A DNA stretch of 64,000 nt from an uncultured Acidimicrobiia bacterium (GTDB taxonomy: Bacteria; Acidobacteriota; Terriglobia; Versatilivoradales; Versatilivoraceae): positions 128,001 to 192,000 of the forward strand of contig CAWBAT010000003.1 of assembly GCA_963786955.1 (NCBI GenBank). The letters are read 5' to 3'. The notes below the pieces were generated by a model, which searched no databases, had not been told where the DNA came from, and saw only the letters and a list, made by a program, of their open reading frames with translations. Below, in pieces: positions 1-9,918 of the stretch; within the stretch, counting starts at the first letter, position 1; each line of letters starts with the position of its first letter. Both the position numbers and the translations under genes were made by a program.

Positions 1-1
1 G

Positions 2-487
2 TGTGAGCCGAGTCAGGGTTTTCCCCGCATGCTTGAGATATTACCTTGGTTTAATCTGGGTAATGCCGCAATTTCGGTGGGGATTGCAGAGGCGGCCACG
101 CAGACGGCCGCTGCCCATTTAATCGCAGCGAAATTGGAACATATGAACAGTCGTTTATCGGATTTGCCCAATCTCCGTGCCCGACTGGCTCAGATGAGGA
201 TTGAAACAGACCGTGCCCGGGCCTATTTGCTGGCGACGCTGGATGCTCTAGAAGAGGGAGCTGCGAATGCGATGCTGTTGGTGCTCGGGTCCAAAGTGGC
301 GGGCGCAGAGGCCGCTATCCGTGTCACAGATTGGGGAATGCAGACCTGCGGTGGCGCGGCTTTCAGTAAACACCTCAGTTTAGAGCGCAACTTCCGAGAT
401 GCCCGAGCGTCCGGCGTCATGGCGCCAACCTCAGACGTCTTGCAGGAATTTATTGGACGGGCATTATGCGGCATGAACTTATTTTGA
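2..487 (+). CDS. Acyl-CoA dehydrogenase family protein, C-terminal part (5' truncated by window edge)
   Basis: Frame open from position 2; ACAD C-terminal helical domain motifs (GIAEAA, MQTCGGAAF, LERNFRDARA). Confidence 0.9.
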   Translation, partial: CEPSQGFPRMLEILPWFNLGNAAISVGIAEAATQTAAAHLIAAKLEHMNSRLSDLPNLRARLAQMRIETDRARAYLLATLDALEEGAANAMLLVLGSKVAGAEAAIRVTDWGMQTCGGAAFSKHLSLERNFRDARASGVMAPTSDVLQEFIGRALCGMNLF

Positions 488-534
488 CCTGAAACTGTCA
501 ACACCGATACAAAGTACACTCAAGGAGAATTTGA

Positions 535-1359
535 ATGCCTTCCCCCATCCTGGTTGGAGCCGTCGTTTACGATCCCAAAGTGGTCGTGATCTGGGAGATC
601 ATCAAGGATTTCTTTAAGTCCGAGGGCTGTCCCATGGATTCGGTTTTTTATTCGAACTATGAACTGCAAGTCGATGCTTTACTCGCCGGCCATATCCACA
701 TCGCTTGGAACTCGCCACTAGCCTGGGTGGACGCGCAACGGCGCAATTCCGGGAACTGCCGGGCCATTGCTATGCGCGACACCGATCGCGATCGCATCAC
801 CCATTGGGTTGTGCGGCAGCAAAGCGGCATTCAGCGGGTGGAAGACTTGCGCGGAAAGACGGTCGCGACGGGTGCCAAAGATTCCCCTCAGGCAACTTTG
901 CTTCCTTTGCATCATTTAGCCACGGCGGGACTGAAACCTTATAAAAATGTTCAAGTAAGACGCTTTGACATGATGGTGGGGAAACACGGAGATCATGTTG
1001 GAGGCGAATTAGAGGCCTTGCGCTGCCTCCAAAGTGGTGACTGCGACGCTTGTGCTATCCTGGACCTGAACTGGCAGACGTGGCAGGCGGATGGGACGGC
1101 GAATCCCGAAACGCTCGTGTCCCTGGCGACGACAGAACCCTTCGACCACTGCAATTTCACTGTCAAAGACAGCTTTCCAGTCGAACGGGAAGCACATTGG
1201 ATCGAGGCGCTGTTCCGAATGAGCTACAACAATCCTGATCATCGCATGATGATGGATATGGAGGGGCTTAAGGCATGGTTGCCAGGGCGTACGAGTGGCT
1301 ATCGTGCTTTGACTGAGGCAGTGGCTCAACAACATTTTTTTGAAGATCTCGAGAAGTGA
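535..1359 (+). CDS. PhnD/SsuA-like substrate-binding-fold protein without signal peptide
   Basis: AAGGAG RBS; PhnD-like segments (NYELQVDALLAGHIHIAWNSP, DLRGKTVATGAKDS); no hydrophobic N-terminal signal. Confidence 0.8.
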   Translation: MPSPILVGAVVYDPKVVVIWEIIKDFFKSEGCPMDSVFYSNYELQVDALLAGHIHIAWNSPLAWVDAQRRNSGNCRAIAMRDTDRDRITHWVVRQQSGIQRVEDLRGKTVATGAKDSPQATLLPLHHLATAGLKPYKNVQVRRFDMMVGKHGDHVGGELEALRCLQSGDCDACAILDLNWQTWQADGTANPETLVSLATTEPFDHCNFTVKDSFPVEREAHWIEALFRMSYNNPDHRMMMDMEGLKAWLPGRTSGYRALTEAVAQQHFFEDLEK

Positions 1360-2564
1360 TTTCCCCACCGACTCCACCCAAAATAAATCTGACCAAACCG
1401 CTGCCTCTCTTCCCCGTGACCACTGTCGGTAGCTGGCCGCGTTCTCTTGAAGTTCTTCGCGCTCAACGGCGGAAACAACGCGGTTTGATTTCCGAGGCCG
1501 ACTTTGAACGGATCGCCACTGCCGCGATTCTTGAAGTACTGCGCCTGCAAGAAGAGGCTGGCGTCGACTTGGTAACCGACGGGGAACAGCGGCGTGACAG
1601 TTTTTATTCATTTGTGGCTGAAAAGTTGAACGGTGTGCGGCTGACCTCGCTGGCTGAAATGCTGGATTGGGTAGAAGACAAGGCCGGGTTTGAGCGTATC
1701 CTTCAAACACTAGATGTCCCCGCCTTCGCCATCAACAATCCGACGTGCACAGGACGCCTCGAACGACGGCTCCCTCTTGCTGTGAATGAGTTTCGGTTTT
1801 TGCGTCAACATACAGACCGCTTCATTAAGATTCCGCTTCCGGGCCCCTACCTGCTGACAAGGGCGATGTGGGTTAAAGAGGTGACTCGCCCCATTTACCC
1901 TACCAAAGAAGACCTTGCCGAAGACGTTGTGCGTCTCTTACGCGCGGAAGTCTGCGAGTTGCGCGACGCAGGTGCGGATTTCATTCAATTGGACGAACCG
2001 GTATTGACGGAATTGGTCTTTACCCAGGGGCAGACCCGAACGTTTATGTGCGCAGCCTTGGCGGCGCGGAAGGATCCGGCGGAGGAATTGGAATTTGCCG
2101 TCGATCTGATCAATCGAGTGGTTGAAGGATTGTCGGATGTGCGAATCGGTCTGCACATTTGCCGGGGGAATTGGAGTCAGCAGGAGGCCATTTTACTGAA
2201 AGGGTCTTATCATCCGCTGACTTCGTATCTTTCCCGGTTAAAGGTGAAGCAACTGGTTCTGGAATTTGCGACACCCCGGGCCGGTGAGCTCGCGGCTCTG
2301 CTAAGTTCGAAGGAAATTGCAGAAAATAAGGAGCTGGGGCTAGGTGTGACAAATCCCCGGTCCCTAGAAATCGAGTCCGTTGCAGCCATCGTTTCTCGTG
2401 TTGAAGAGGCGCTCAATTATCTGCCTGCCGAACGAATCTTCCTGAATCCTGATTGTGGTTTTGGCACCTTCTCTTCACGTCCAGTCAGTAATGTCGAAAT
2501 TGCTACCCGAAAGCTGGAGGTGATGGTAAAAGCTGCGACCATCTTGCGTGAGCGTTATGGTTAG
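1356..2564 (+). CDS. Cobalamin-independent methionine synthase II (MetE C-terminal-like) family Zn enzyme
   Basis: TTVGSWPR, DLVTDGEQRR, IQLDEP, Zn ligands HIC (HICRGN) and NPDCGF; GTGA overlap with upstream stop. Confidence 0.88.
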   Translation: MISPPTPPKINLTKPLPLFPVTTVGSWPRSLEVLRAQRRKQRGLISEADFERIATAAILEVLRLQEEAGVDLVTDGEQRRDSFYSFVAEKLNGVRLTSLAEMLDWVEDKAGFERILQTLDVPAFAINNPTCTGRLERRLPLAVNEFRFLRQHTDRFIKIPLPGPYLLTRAMWVKEVTRPIYPTKEDLAEDVVRLLRAEVCELRDAGADFIQLDEPVLTELVFTQGQTRTFMCAALAARKDPAEELEFAVDLINRVVEGLSDVRIGLHICRGNWSQQEAILLKGSYHPLTSYLSRLKVKQLVLEFATPRAGELAALLSSKEIAENKELGLGVTNPRSLEIESVAAIVSRVEEALNYLPAERIFLNPDCGFGTFSSRPVSNVEIATRKLEVMVKAATILRERYG

Positions 2565-2782
2565 GGGAATTGTGTTTCAGCTATCTTCAATGATTACAAT
2601 CGATTGCCTCTACTACCGTTTCGAGAATAGAAATCAGATCATGAGCTGAAGTTCATCCTGGAGAGCGATTTAAAATAAATCCGAAGCAGCAGTTTCAAAA
2701 AAAGTGAGACTCAGAGTTTCTTTTGGCGGTAAAATACAATCATAGGAATTGAGTTGATCAATTTCTCTTCCAGGGGGAAGCT

Positions 2783-3334
2783 GTGAAACCAGCGCTAACG
2801 CTTTTTCTGCTCATGGGCATGCTTTTTGTTGGTCGTATGGAGGGTCAGGGGCGCGGGAATTTCGGGGCAGGCAGATCCCAACAGGGCGGACACCACGGGC
2901 ATGCTGGCTTCGGGGAGGGGCGTGGGCATTCTGGCTCCAATATTCGACCTTATGCGATTGGCGGCTTGAATGTCGGGTCTTCCTACCGGGGGGCTTACTC
3001 CCGCCACCGCCTTTATAGTCCGGGTTTCTTTTCCCCATTTTACTGGGGTGATGGTTACTCAGAGCCCTTCATCGACGCCGAACTTCTCCTGCCCGAGTCT
3101 CTAAATGGCGAAAAACTCTATTACCGAAGAGCACCTGCTCCGGATGTGGAACCGAACTGCAAGGATGCCTGGTCGGGAAATCCCCCGACCAATTCGGTGA
3201 GTCATACCATGAACCGGATATTTGAAATGCAGTGTGAGAACAGACATCCGAGCCCAGATACGGAGCTAAGACATCCGACTAGCGCCCCTTCCGGGACGTC
3301 GAACCCCTCGACAACGCCTGCTACAAGAGACTAA
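2783..3334 (+). CDS. Hypothetical secreted Gly-rich protein
   Basis: GGGGAAG RBS, hydrophobic N-terminal signal-like peptide, Gly-rich then Tyr/Pro-rich segment. Confidence 0.55.
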   Translation: MKPALTLFLLMGMLFVGRMEGQGRGNFGAGRSQQGGHHGHAGFGEGRGHSGSNIRPYAIGGLNVGSSYRGAYSRHRLYSPGFFSPFYWGDGYSEPFIDAELLLPESLNGEKLYYRRAPAPDVEPNCKDAWSGNPPTNSVSHTMNRIFEMQCENRHPSPDTELRHPTSAPSGTSNPSTTPATRD

Positions 3335-3403
3335 TTCGACTTCTTTGAGTTCTTTCCGATCGTCCTCGCAGGAGATCGACCCTTCTGGAGAGCAGCGGTA
3401 AAT

Positions 3404-5062
3404 TTAGAGGTATTCCACGCGAAGGATTGTGTCTGCGTTTTTCCAAGCAGACTCGAATTCCTTTTGCACCATTGCCGCAGCGTCCATCTTTTGCTGAGCC
3501 GCGAGACTTTTCATAAGACCAAACAGCATCCTGCCATTACGAGGGTGGCGGCGAAGTCCTTCTCTAAAGACAGCCTCAGCCTGAGCGGCCATGCCGGCGC
3601 GCAGCAGAGCCCCACCCAACGATTCCCGAACCGGGTAGAACCACGGAGGAGGCTCGTCATAAACAAGAGCATCCTCGAGCGCGACAGCGCGCTCCCAATA
3701 CGGGATGGATGCCCGGTCATTATCGGCCATTCGGGCTTCTAGAATAATGGAAGCTAAATCGAGAATGTCGTCTGACTTGTTATTTAGCCAAAGCCAATCT
3801 TTGGGAATAGTTCGGCGTGCAGCTTCAAACGAATTCTTTGCCTGAAGGGCGTCTTGACCTTTCCCTTTGGCTGTAAACGCAATCGCTCGTCCAAAATGCC
3901 AAAGGGCAGTGGAACTGACCAATTGCGGATCCGGGGCCTTGAGAGCGAGCAACGGATCCCATTGCTGGAATCGGAGCAAGGCAAAAAGCGGAGCCGACAC
4001 GAAGGCATCCACCATCATGGGCATTTCCTTGACAAGCGGCGACGTTGACTCACTGATGGTTTCAGCGGAACGAATGGCCTCTGTCATTCGGCCCTGCATT
4101 TGACGGGCGTAGGCAATGAAATGGAGATTGTGGACGTAGTACCCCGCATAAGAACTCCCGGAGACTCCGGTAAGCTTCATATATTCCCGGTCTCGTTCCG
4201 CGGCGTTTTCGTTGACTTCGGCGGCGAGCTCATAATCGCCCACGAGCAACCAGATATGCCCAGGCATATGGACCAGGTGACCTGCGGCTGGAACGGCTCC
4301 CATCAATCGTTGCGCACTGGGTATCGCTCTCTCCGGGGTTGGCGACATTTCCACGGCATGAATGTAGTAATGGTTGGCGCCAGGATGATCCGGATCTCGT
4401 CGCAGGACAGCTTCCAAAACCTTCACAGCCTCGTCCATCCCCTCTGCTGGCGTGCCATCAGGTAACCACCATTTCCAGCGGACTGGAATCATGAGACTCT
4501 CTGCATAGAGCGTGGCCGCATCCAGATCGTCTGGATATTTTTGTGAGAGTTCCCTCATCACCCGGATGTAATCGGCTGGACGATACTCCGGACAGCGCGA
4601 AGCCACTGCGTCAAAGTAACCGCGCTCTCGTTCCGAGCCATGGCTGCGCAGCGCCATGCCGGCTTGAACCGATTCACACGACTCTTTCATTTGGATACCT
4701 CCATCAAGATCAATATTGATGTAAGGTCCCTGTGCCATGGCCATCCCCCAGTAAGGCATCAGTGCCTCCGGATCCAATTCGGCAGCCCGTCGAAATAAAC
4801 GCAACGCTTCATACCGGTTGAATCCATATAACAGCGACAATCCTTGGTCAAAAAACTTTTGCGTTTCAGGATTTTGGGTGGTGATCGTGTGGGAATGAGT
4901 GCCGAGACCATTGAGAAGCATTGGGGGCTTTTCGCTTCCTGACTCATGCCGGTGTTGAGCAGAGGCCGGGTAAAGAAGAGAAAGCCATACTGCGGTCATC
5001 GCAAGAATGAAGGGCAGGGAATTGGCATGTTGTGAATTCTTAAATGATCGGGTAGTTGTCAT
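3404..5062 (-). CDS. Secreted tetratricopeptide-repeat (TPR) protein
   Basis: Signal peptide (LLYPASA-QH), helical TPR-like repeats, DHPGANHYYIH and HLVHMPGHI motifs; ATG at 5062 has an AAAGGA RBS. Confidence 0.8.
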   Translation of the reverse strand: MTTTRSFKNSQHANSLPFILAMTAVWLSLLYPASAQHRHESGSEKPPMLLNGLGTHSHTITTQNPETQKFFDQGLSLLYGFNRYEALRLFRRAAELDPEALMPYWGMAMAQGPYINIDLDGGIQMKESCESVQAGMALRSHGSERERGYFDAVASRCPEYRPADYIRVMRELSQKYPDDLDAATLYAESLMIPVRWKWWLPDGTPAEGMDEAVKVLEAVLRRDPDHPGANHYYIHAVEMSPTPERAIPSAQRLMGAVPAAGHLVHMPGHIWLLVGDYELAAEVNENAAERDREYMKLTGVSGSSYAGYYVHNLHFIAYARQMQGRMTEAIRSAETISESTSPLVKEMPMMVDAFVSAPLFALLRFQQWDPLLALKAPDPQLVSSTALWHFGRAIAFTAKGKGQDALQAKNSFEAARRTIPKDWLWLNNKSDDILDLASIILEARMADNDRASIPYWERAVALEDALVYDEPPPWFYPVRESLGGALLRAGMAAQAEAVFREGLRRHPRNGRMLFGLMKSLAAQQKMDAAAMVQKEFESAWKNADTILRVEYL

Positions 5063-5297
5063 CAAGCTGTCCTTTCGCAGGCCGGTTGAATTGATTTTCC
5101 CTGATTGAATCGAAGAATTCAAGGGATTGAAAGATGAAAACGTCTAAACAAAGGACGTGTTCTCATGCTGCAGAATAATCTAAACCCGTTAGGAAATGGG
5201 ACAGAGTTGACAAGCTCAACATGTCCCATGTCTTTTTGGCTGGGCAGGGGGTTTGCATTTGGCTACGTCTGCATAGGATGTGGCCCCTACTCCCCAC

Positions 5298-5443
5298 GCC
5301 CCTCTCCCCCTTGCTGAGGGCGAGTTTCAGACTGTTACTGCTAATCCGCGGGGGAGAGGGCTATATTTTGTTCGCCTGGGACCCAGGACGGCGGTCGCTC
5401 TGCTCCCTGGTCCTGGGCTAATTTCTGTGGCCCTTACAGGGCC
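5298..5443. repeat. Composite palindromic intergenic repeat (three consecutive hairpins), REP/MITE-like
   Basis: ccctctccccc (5300-5310) pairs with gggggagaggg (5350-5360); cccaggac/gtcctggg; ggccct-tac-agggcc. Confidence 0.6.
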
Positions 5444-5922
5444 AAAGGCTTCTGCCCGTGCGGCATTTTAACACCCCCTGTATCTAGTGATCGGAATTAT
5501 GGGCAACGATCAGGTTGATAATGTAGGATTACTGAGAGGCAAAGAATTACTGGCAAACAAAACATAATGCATCTGTATTAGAAAAGTGCATTCAATGTTT
5601 GGAAAGCAGTGAAAGGAGGAAGCCAGGACCGGGCCGGTGACCAGCCCTGGATGATCATTTTCTGCATAGCGGAAATCATGGCGGACAGCTTGCAAAAAGC
5701 TGAAAACGGTTGAGGGGTATCAGATTCGCAAATCTATTTTTGAATTGGATTTGCAGTGTCTTTTGAAGGAGTCGGATCTTCCTGAATTGAGTCGGTTGAC
5801 TTGCGCTCAACTGAGCAGTTTCGGGACATTCAGGTTGACACCCCGAACTTCGGTAACACCCAAATCTGCATGACGAGCCATAGCGCGATAAAAATCAACA
5901 ACCAGCTGCCTTCTTTCATAGA

Positions 5923-6390
5923 TTAAACCTCGTTTTCGAGCTGTTCTTCGGCCTTTACAAACTCAGTTTCCAACCTGACTTGGGTCTTGATCGAGTTCGA
6001 AATTAGACAATTCTTCTCTGCTTTCTCAAGCAAATGGTGAGCTTTCTCCAGATCCTTACTGTGGCGAATAACCAGGTGTGGGCGCAGCATAATCTCTGTC
6101 ATTTGATACCCCGCGCCTTCTACTTTGTCGAGCTTTCCCGTGGCCTTGGAATCGAAGCTGACGAACTCGAGTTTAGACATTTGGGCAATGGCCAGGAATG
6201 TTGTCATGAAACAGGAATTGACTGAAGCGACGAAGTAGTGTTCGGGGGTCCATATTCCTTCATGTCCTTGAAATTCAGGCGGGGAAGCCACCTGGAGGGG
6301 CGTTAAACCGGGCGCTTCTAATTCCCCCATTTTTTGTTCGGTCCACTCCACTTCCGTTTCGTAAAAGTATGGCAATGTTGCGGTTCCCAT
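5923..6390 (-). CDS. OsmC/Ohr family protein
   Basis: SPPEFQG, WTPEH, NSCF and AEKNCLISNS with the two conserved cysteines; GGAGG RBS. Confidence 0.88.
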   Translation of the reverse strand: MGTATLPYFYETEVEWTEQKMGELEAPGLTPLQVASPPEFQGHEGIWTPEHYFVASVNSCFMTTFLAIAQMSKLEFVSFDSKATGKLDKVEGAGYQMTEIMLRPHLVIRHSKDLEKAHHLLEKAEKNCLISNSIKTQVRLETEFVKAEEQLENEV

Positions 6391-6470
6391 GTTTCCTCCA
6401 GAGTAAACAGTTTCTTATCAAACCATTAGTTAACTCAAATCCATCAAAAAATTCTTCCGCACCCATTACC

Positions 6471-6499
6471 TTAGATTCGGAATGTGCCAGAAAGATTCA
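6471..6499 (-). promoter_or_regulatory. Putative ECF-sigma promoter (TGAATC...CGAATC) upstream of OsmC gene
   Basis: Minus strand TGAATCTTTCTGGCACATTCCGAATCTAA; same GAATC-N15-GAATC architecture as the copy at 6637. Confidence 0.5.
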
Positions 6500-6636
6500 T
6501 TTAAAAGATGTTTGCCCATCCCAGCTCCTGCGCCGCAAAAATCATCAGGAGCGACTCTGAGAGTCATTGACCACCACGATCTCGATTCAATAGAATCTCT
6601 TCCGAGAATATTTGTTCAATCCGGGTCGAAACATTG

Positions 6637-6665
6637 TGAATCTTTTCTGCGATGAATGAATCCAA
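6637..6665 (+). promoter_or_regulatory. Putative autoregulatory ECF-sigma promoter at 5' end of the sigma gene
   Basis: TGAATCTTTTCTGCGATGAATGAATCCAA matches the OsmC copy in sequence and spacing; overlaps the ATG at 6652. Confidence 0.4.
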
Positions 6666-7281
6666 TAGTCCAGGGCAGGAAGATCAGCTGGTGGCAAAAG
6701 CACGGTCTGGAGACCTCGAAAGCTTTGAAGCCCTTGTCAATCTGTACGCGAAACGCATTTTCCATATTGCTTACAAAATTGTTGAGTCTATCCACGATGC
6801 TGAAGATGTATTACAAGAAACCTTTCTTAAAGCTTTTGAGAACCTGCCCCAGTTTCGTGGGGAATCGAGCTTTTATACCTGGATCGTTCAAATTGCGGTG
6901 AATGGGGCGCTGCAGCGGGTAAAGAAGCGGCGGCTTCAAACAGTTTCCCTGGATGGACTGTACGGTGACGATGATGATTTCAGACCTGAAAGAATCGTGG
7001 CCTGGGATGACAATCCTGAAAAAATCTATTCCAGGAAAGAGACACAGCACATTCTTGAGGAGGCGATTGTTTCTCTCCCGATCCTCTATCGGACGGTGTT
7101 TCTTTTGAAGGACGTGGAAAACATGACGATGGCCAAGATTGCTAGGACCCTGGAGATCTCCCTGCCTGCGGCAAAATCGCGACTGATTCGGGCCCGGCTT
7201 GAACTCCGCGAAAAGTTGAGCCGGTACTTCCAGAAAAAAGGTGCCCCTGTCTATTCCGGAGCACATCCTCATGACCATTGA
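6652..7281 (+). CDS. ECF (sigma-70 group 4) RNA polymerase sigma factor
   Basis: Region 2 (DAEDVLQETFLKAF, FRGESSFYTWI) and region 4 (IARTLEISLPAAKSRLIRARLEL). Confidence 0.93.
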   Translation: MNESNSPGQEDQLVAKARSGDLESFEALVNLYAKRIFHIAYKIVESIHDAEDVLQETFLKAFENLPQFRGESSFYTWIVQIAVNGALQRVKKRRLQTVSLDGLYGDDDDFRPERIVAWDDNPEKIYSRKETQHILEEAIVSLPILYRTVFLLKDVENMTMAKIARTLEISLPAAKSRLIRARLELREKLSRYFQKKGAPVYSGAHPHDH

Positions 7282-7304
7282 AGCGTACGAAAGCGACTGA
7301 AGTT

Positions 7305-7544
7305 ATGGACTGCAAGCATATTCTGGAAGAATTGAATCTCTATATAGACGGAGAACTCGAGCAAGAATTGTGCCGGCAGTTGGAAGCTCATCTGAAAGGG
7401 TGCGATCGTTGTCGGATTGTATTGGATACAACCCAGCGTACGATCCAGCTCTACCGCGACCAAACCCCTATGGAGCTCCCGGAGGGTGTTAGGGACCGCC
7501 TGCAGGCTGTCTTGCGAGCTTGCTGGAATAAAACTCAATCCTAA
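7305..7544 (+). CDS. Soluble zinc-binding anti-sigma factor (zf-HC2/ZAS)
   Basis: MDC...YIDGEL...HLKGCDRC (HxxxCxxC); no transmembrane segment; alternative TTG start at 7278 overlaps the sigma stop. Confidence 0.88.
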   Translation: MDCKHILEELNLYIDGELEQELCRQLEAHLKGCDRCRIVLDTTQRTIQLYRDQTPMELPEGVRDRLQAVLRACWNKTQS

Positions 7545-7664
7545 CCTCCCTCCCGGCTGGGCTCCGCTCATGGGAAAACGGCCCCCGTCGTGCACTCTAT
7601 GAAGAACGTGATAGAATGTTGCCGGGGCGGTTAAGCGTTCATTATTTTTGAAAGGTTTAAACGA

Positions 7665-8647
7665 GTGGAACTACGCAAAGATCCCATTACTCAAAGCTGG
7701 GTCATTCAGGACCAGGGGGAACGCCTCTGGCAGCGGATGGATGTCTGTCCTTTATGCCCGGGGCAAGAATCCTACTGTCCGCAAACGATCTGTGCGTTGC
7801 CTCAAGGGCAGGCGAACTGGCAGGTACGGGTTGTCCCACATCTTTGGCCGCTCTATCAAATCGAAGGAGATGCTCAGCGCGCCGGGGAAGGGATCTACGA
7901 CAAAATGCGTAATCTCGGGGCCCACGAAATCGTGATCGAGCATCCGAACCACCATTTAACTCTCTCCCAGTTGAGTGTTGAGCATGTCGCCCTGGTATTA
8001 CAAGCTTATGTGACCCGGTCGATCGACCTGAGGAAAGACCGGCGTTTTCGATATGTCAATGTGTTTCGAAATCAAGGGACGCTAGCCGGGCAAGATTGGG
8101 AACATCCGCATTCCCAGATTATTGCCACGCCTTTTATCCCGCGCCGGGTGGGTTACGAGCTGCGCTCGACCAAGCGTTACTTTGAAATGAAGGAACGCTG
8201 TCTGATTTGCGATTGTGTGCAACAGGAATTGAAACAGCAGGTCAGAGTCGTTGAAGCGGACGAGCAATTCGTGGCATTTTGCCCTTTCGCCTCTCGGGTT
8301 CCGTATGAAACCTGGATATTGCCCATCCAGCACAGTGCTTCATTCGAACAGAACTTGGTCCCTTGGGAGCGGCAAGTGCAGTTTGCCCGCCTCCTCAAAT
8401 CAGTTCTTCAGAGATTGGAGGCGGTGACCAAAGCATATCATCTGGTTCTGCATACTCTCCCAGTATACCTCTAAAAGCGGAGCGGATGGGTAATTGGGAA
8501 ACACTGGAAGAGGATTACCATTGGCATTTCGAGATCCTTCCGATCGTTCCATCTAAGTCAAGGTCTTACAGCCTCAAAGAGGTCTATTACAATTCACTAT
8601 TACCGGAGACCGCGGCGGAAGAATTGCGCCGGGTTGTCCAATCATGA
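7665..8647 (+). CDS. galT: Galactose-1-phosphate uridylyltransferase-like protein (one frameshift near 8456)
   Basis: MELRKDPI, CPLCPGQE, GAHEIVIE, EHPHSQ catalytic motif; C-terminus (YHWHFEILP...PETAAEELR) continues in ORF 8363..8647. Confidence 0.85.
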
Positions 8648-9028
8648 TATGATGAAATGACGTTTTGAAAGGCGTGCAGTTTGTTACGACAGCAAAATTC
8701 TTAAACTTTTGTTGTTGCATGATCTTCTTTGCTCGCACAGCGCCGTCCGCATGAATGGAACAACTTAACTCGTTATCGTGATCAATATTTCAACATAGAA
8801 TCGTTGAGTAGTTCATCTCCGCAGTGTTTTTAAACAACGTGGCCTCTTCCAAAAACCGCTCCCATAATAGGTTTCTCTCGGCTCATTTTCCCCATTCAAG
8901 GGTGAAGTCACCCGCCCCCCTTTTTTGTACAGCTGCCCGTTGATGCACCTTCGGGGCGTCTGTGAAGATAACATTTAATTTACGATCAACACTCAGGCAT
9001 TATCTGCAATTACCCTCAAACATAGCAA

Positions 9029-9044
9029 TGGCTCGGTAATTGCT
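9029..9044 (+). promoter_or_regulatory. Sigma-54 (RpoN) -24/-12 promoter
   Basis: TGGCTCGGTAATTGCT: GG-N10-GC, near consensus TGGCACG-N4-TTGCW, about 85 bp upstream of etfB. Confidence 0.75.
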
Positions 9045-9129
9045 CAGTTGATCGGTAAGGGGGAGTGTCCCAAGGAAAAATATCTACTATTACAATTTAA
9101 AAAACAGGAACCAGGAAGGAGGAAAAACG

Positions 9130-9915
9130 ATGAACATCGCCGTCCTTCTGAAACAGGTACCTGACCTGGTCGAAGAATTGGGAGTAGACGAATCCGGCAG
9201 GGGGCTTGACCACTCCTGGCTGAGATTTGTTCTCAATGAATTCGATGCTCACGCGTTGGAGCAGGCTCTTGTTGCTCAAAGAGCAACAGCGGCGGAGCAA
9301 TCGTGGTCTTTGCACTGAATAGAGGTGAAGTTGATGAAACCCTATTTGCAGCTTTAGCAAAAGGTGCCGATTCGGCAGTTAAGATAACCGGTGATTTCGA
9401 CGAAGGTCTAGACAGCCATACTGCCGGGCGTATCTTCCAATCCATCCTTGGTAGTACCACTTACGATCTTATCCTTACAGGTGTTCAAACTAATGACGAT
9501 GTAGACGGGCAAGTCGGAGGGATCCTGGCCGGATACCTCCATCTTCCCTATGTCAGTGTTGTCAGTGGCCTCCGCATTTCCGAGGACCACAAAGTGGCAA
9601 CGGTGCGCAAGGAATTTCCTGGCGGGCTTCTTTCTGAGATTGCGATAAGAATGCCAGCCGTAATAGGCATTCAGGCGGCCTCCCAACCGCCGCGCTATGT
9701 CCCGATTGCTCGGTTGCGGCAAATCATGAAAACAGGACACATCGAAGAAGTCGCTGCCGATGTCGCCCGTGCAAGCAAGGAAAGTTCCAGGATTCCAAAT
9801 TCGGCGAATGTTCAAGCCAGAGGTGACAGGTCGAGCGGAAATTATTTCAGGAAGTCACGACGTAATTGCTAACCGAATTATCGGCATCCTTGCGGAAAAA
9901 GGGATCGTGAGGTGA
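9130..9915 (+). CDS. etfB: Electron transfer flavoprotein beta subunit (two frameshifts, near 9270-9300 and near 9785)
   Basis: MNIAVLLKQVPD, NEFDAHALEQAL, ALAKGAD, DLILTGVQ..D, PPRY; third-frame tail ends LAEKGIVR-stop at 9915. Confidence 0.88.
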
Positions 9916-9918
9916 GGC

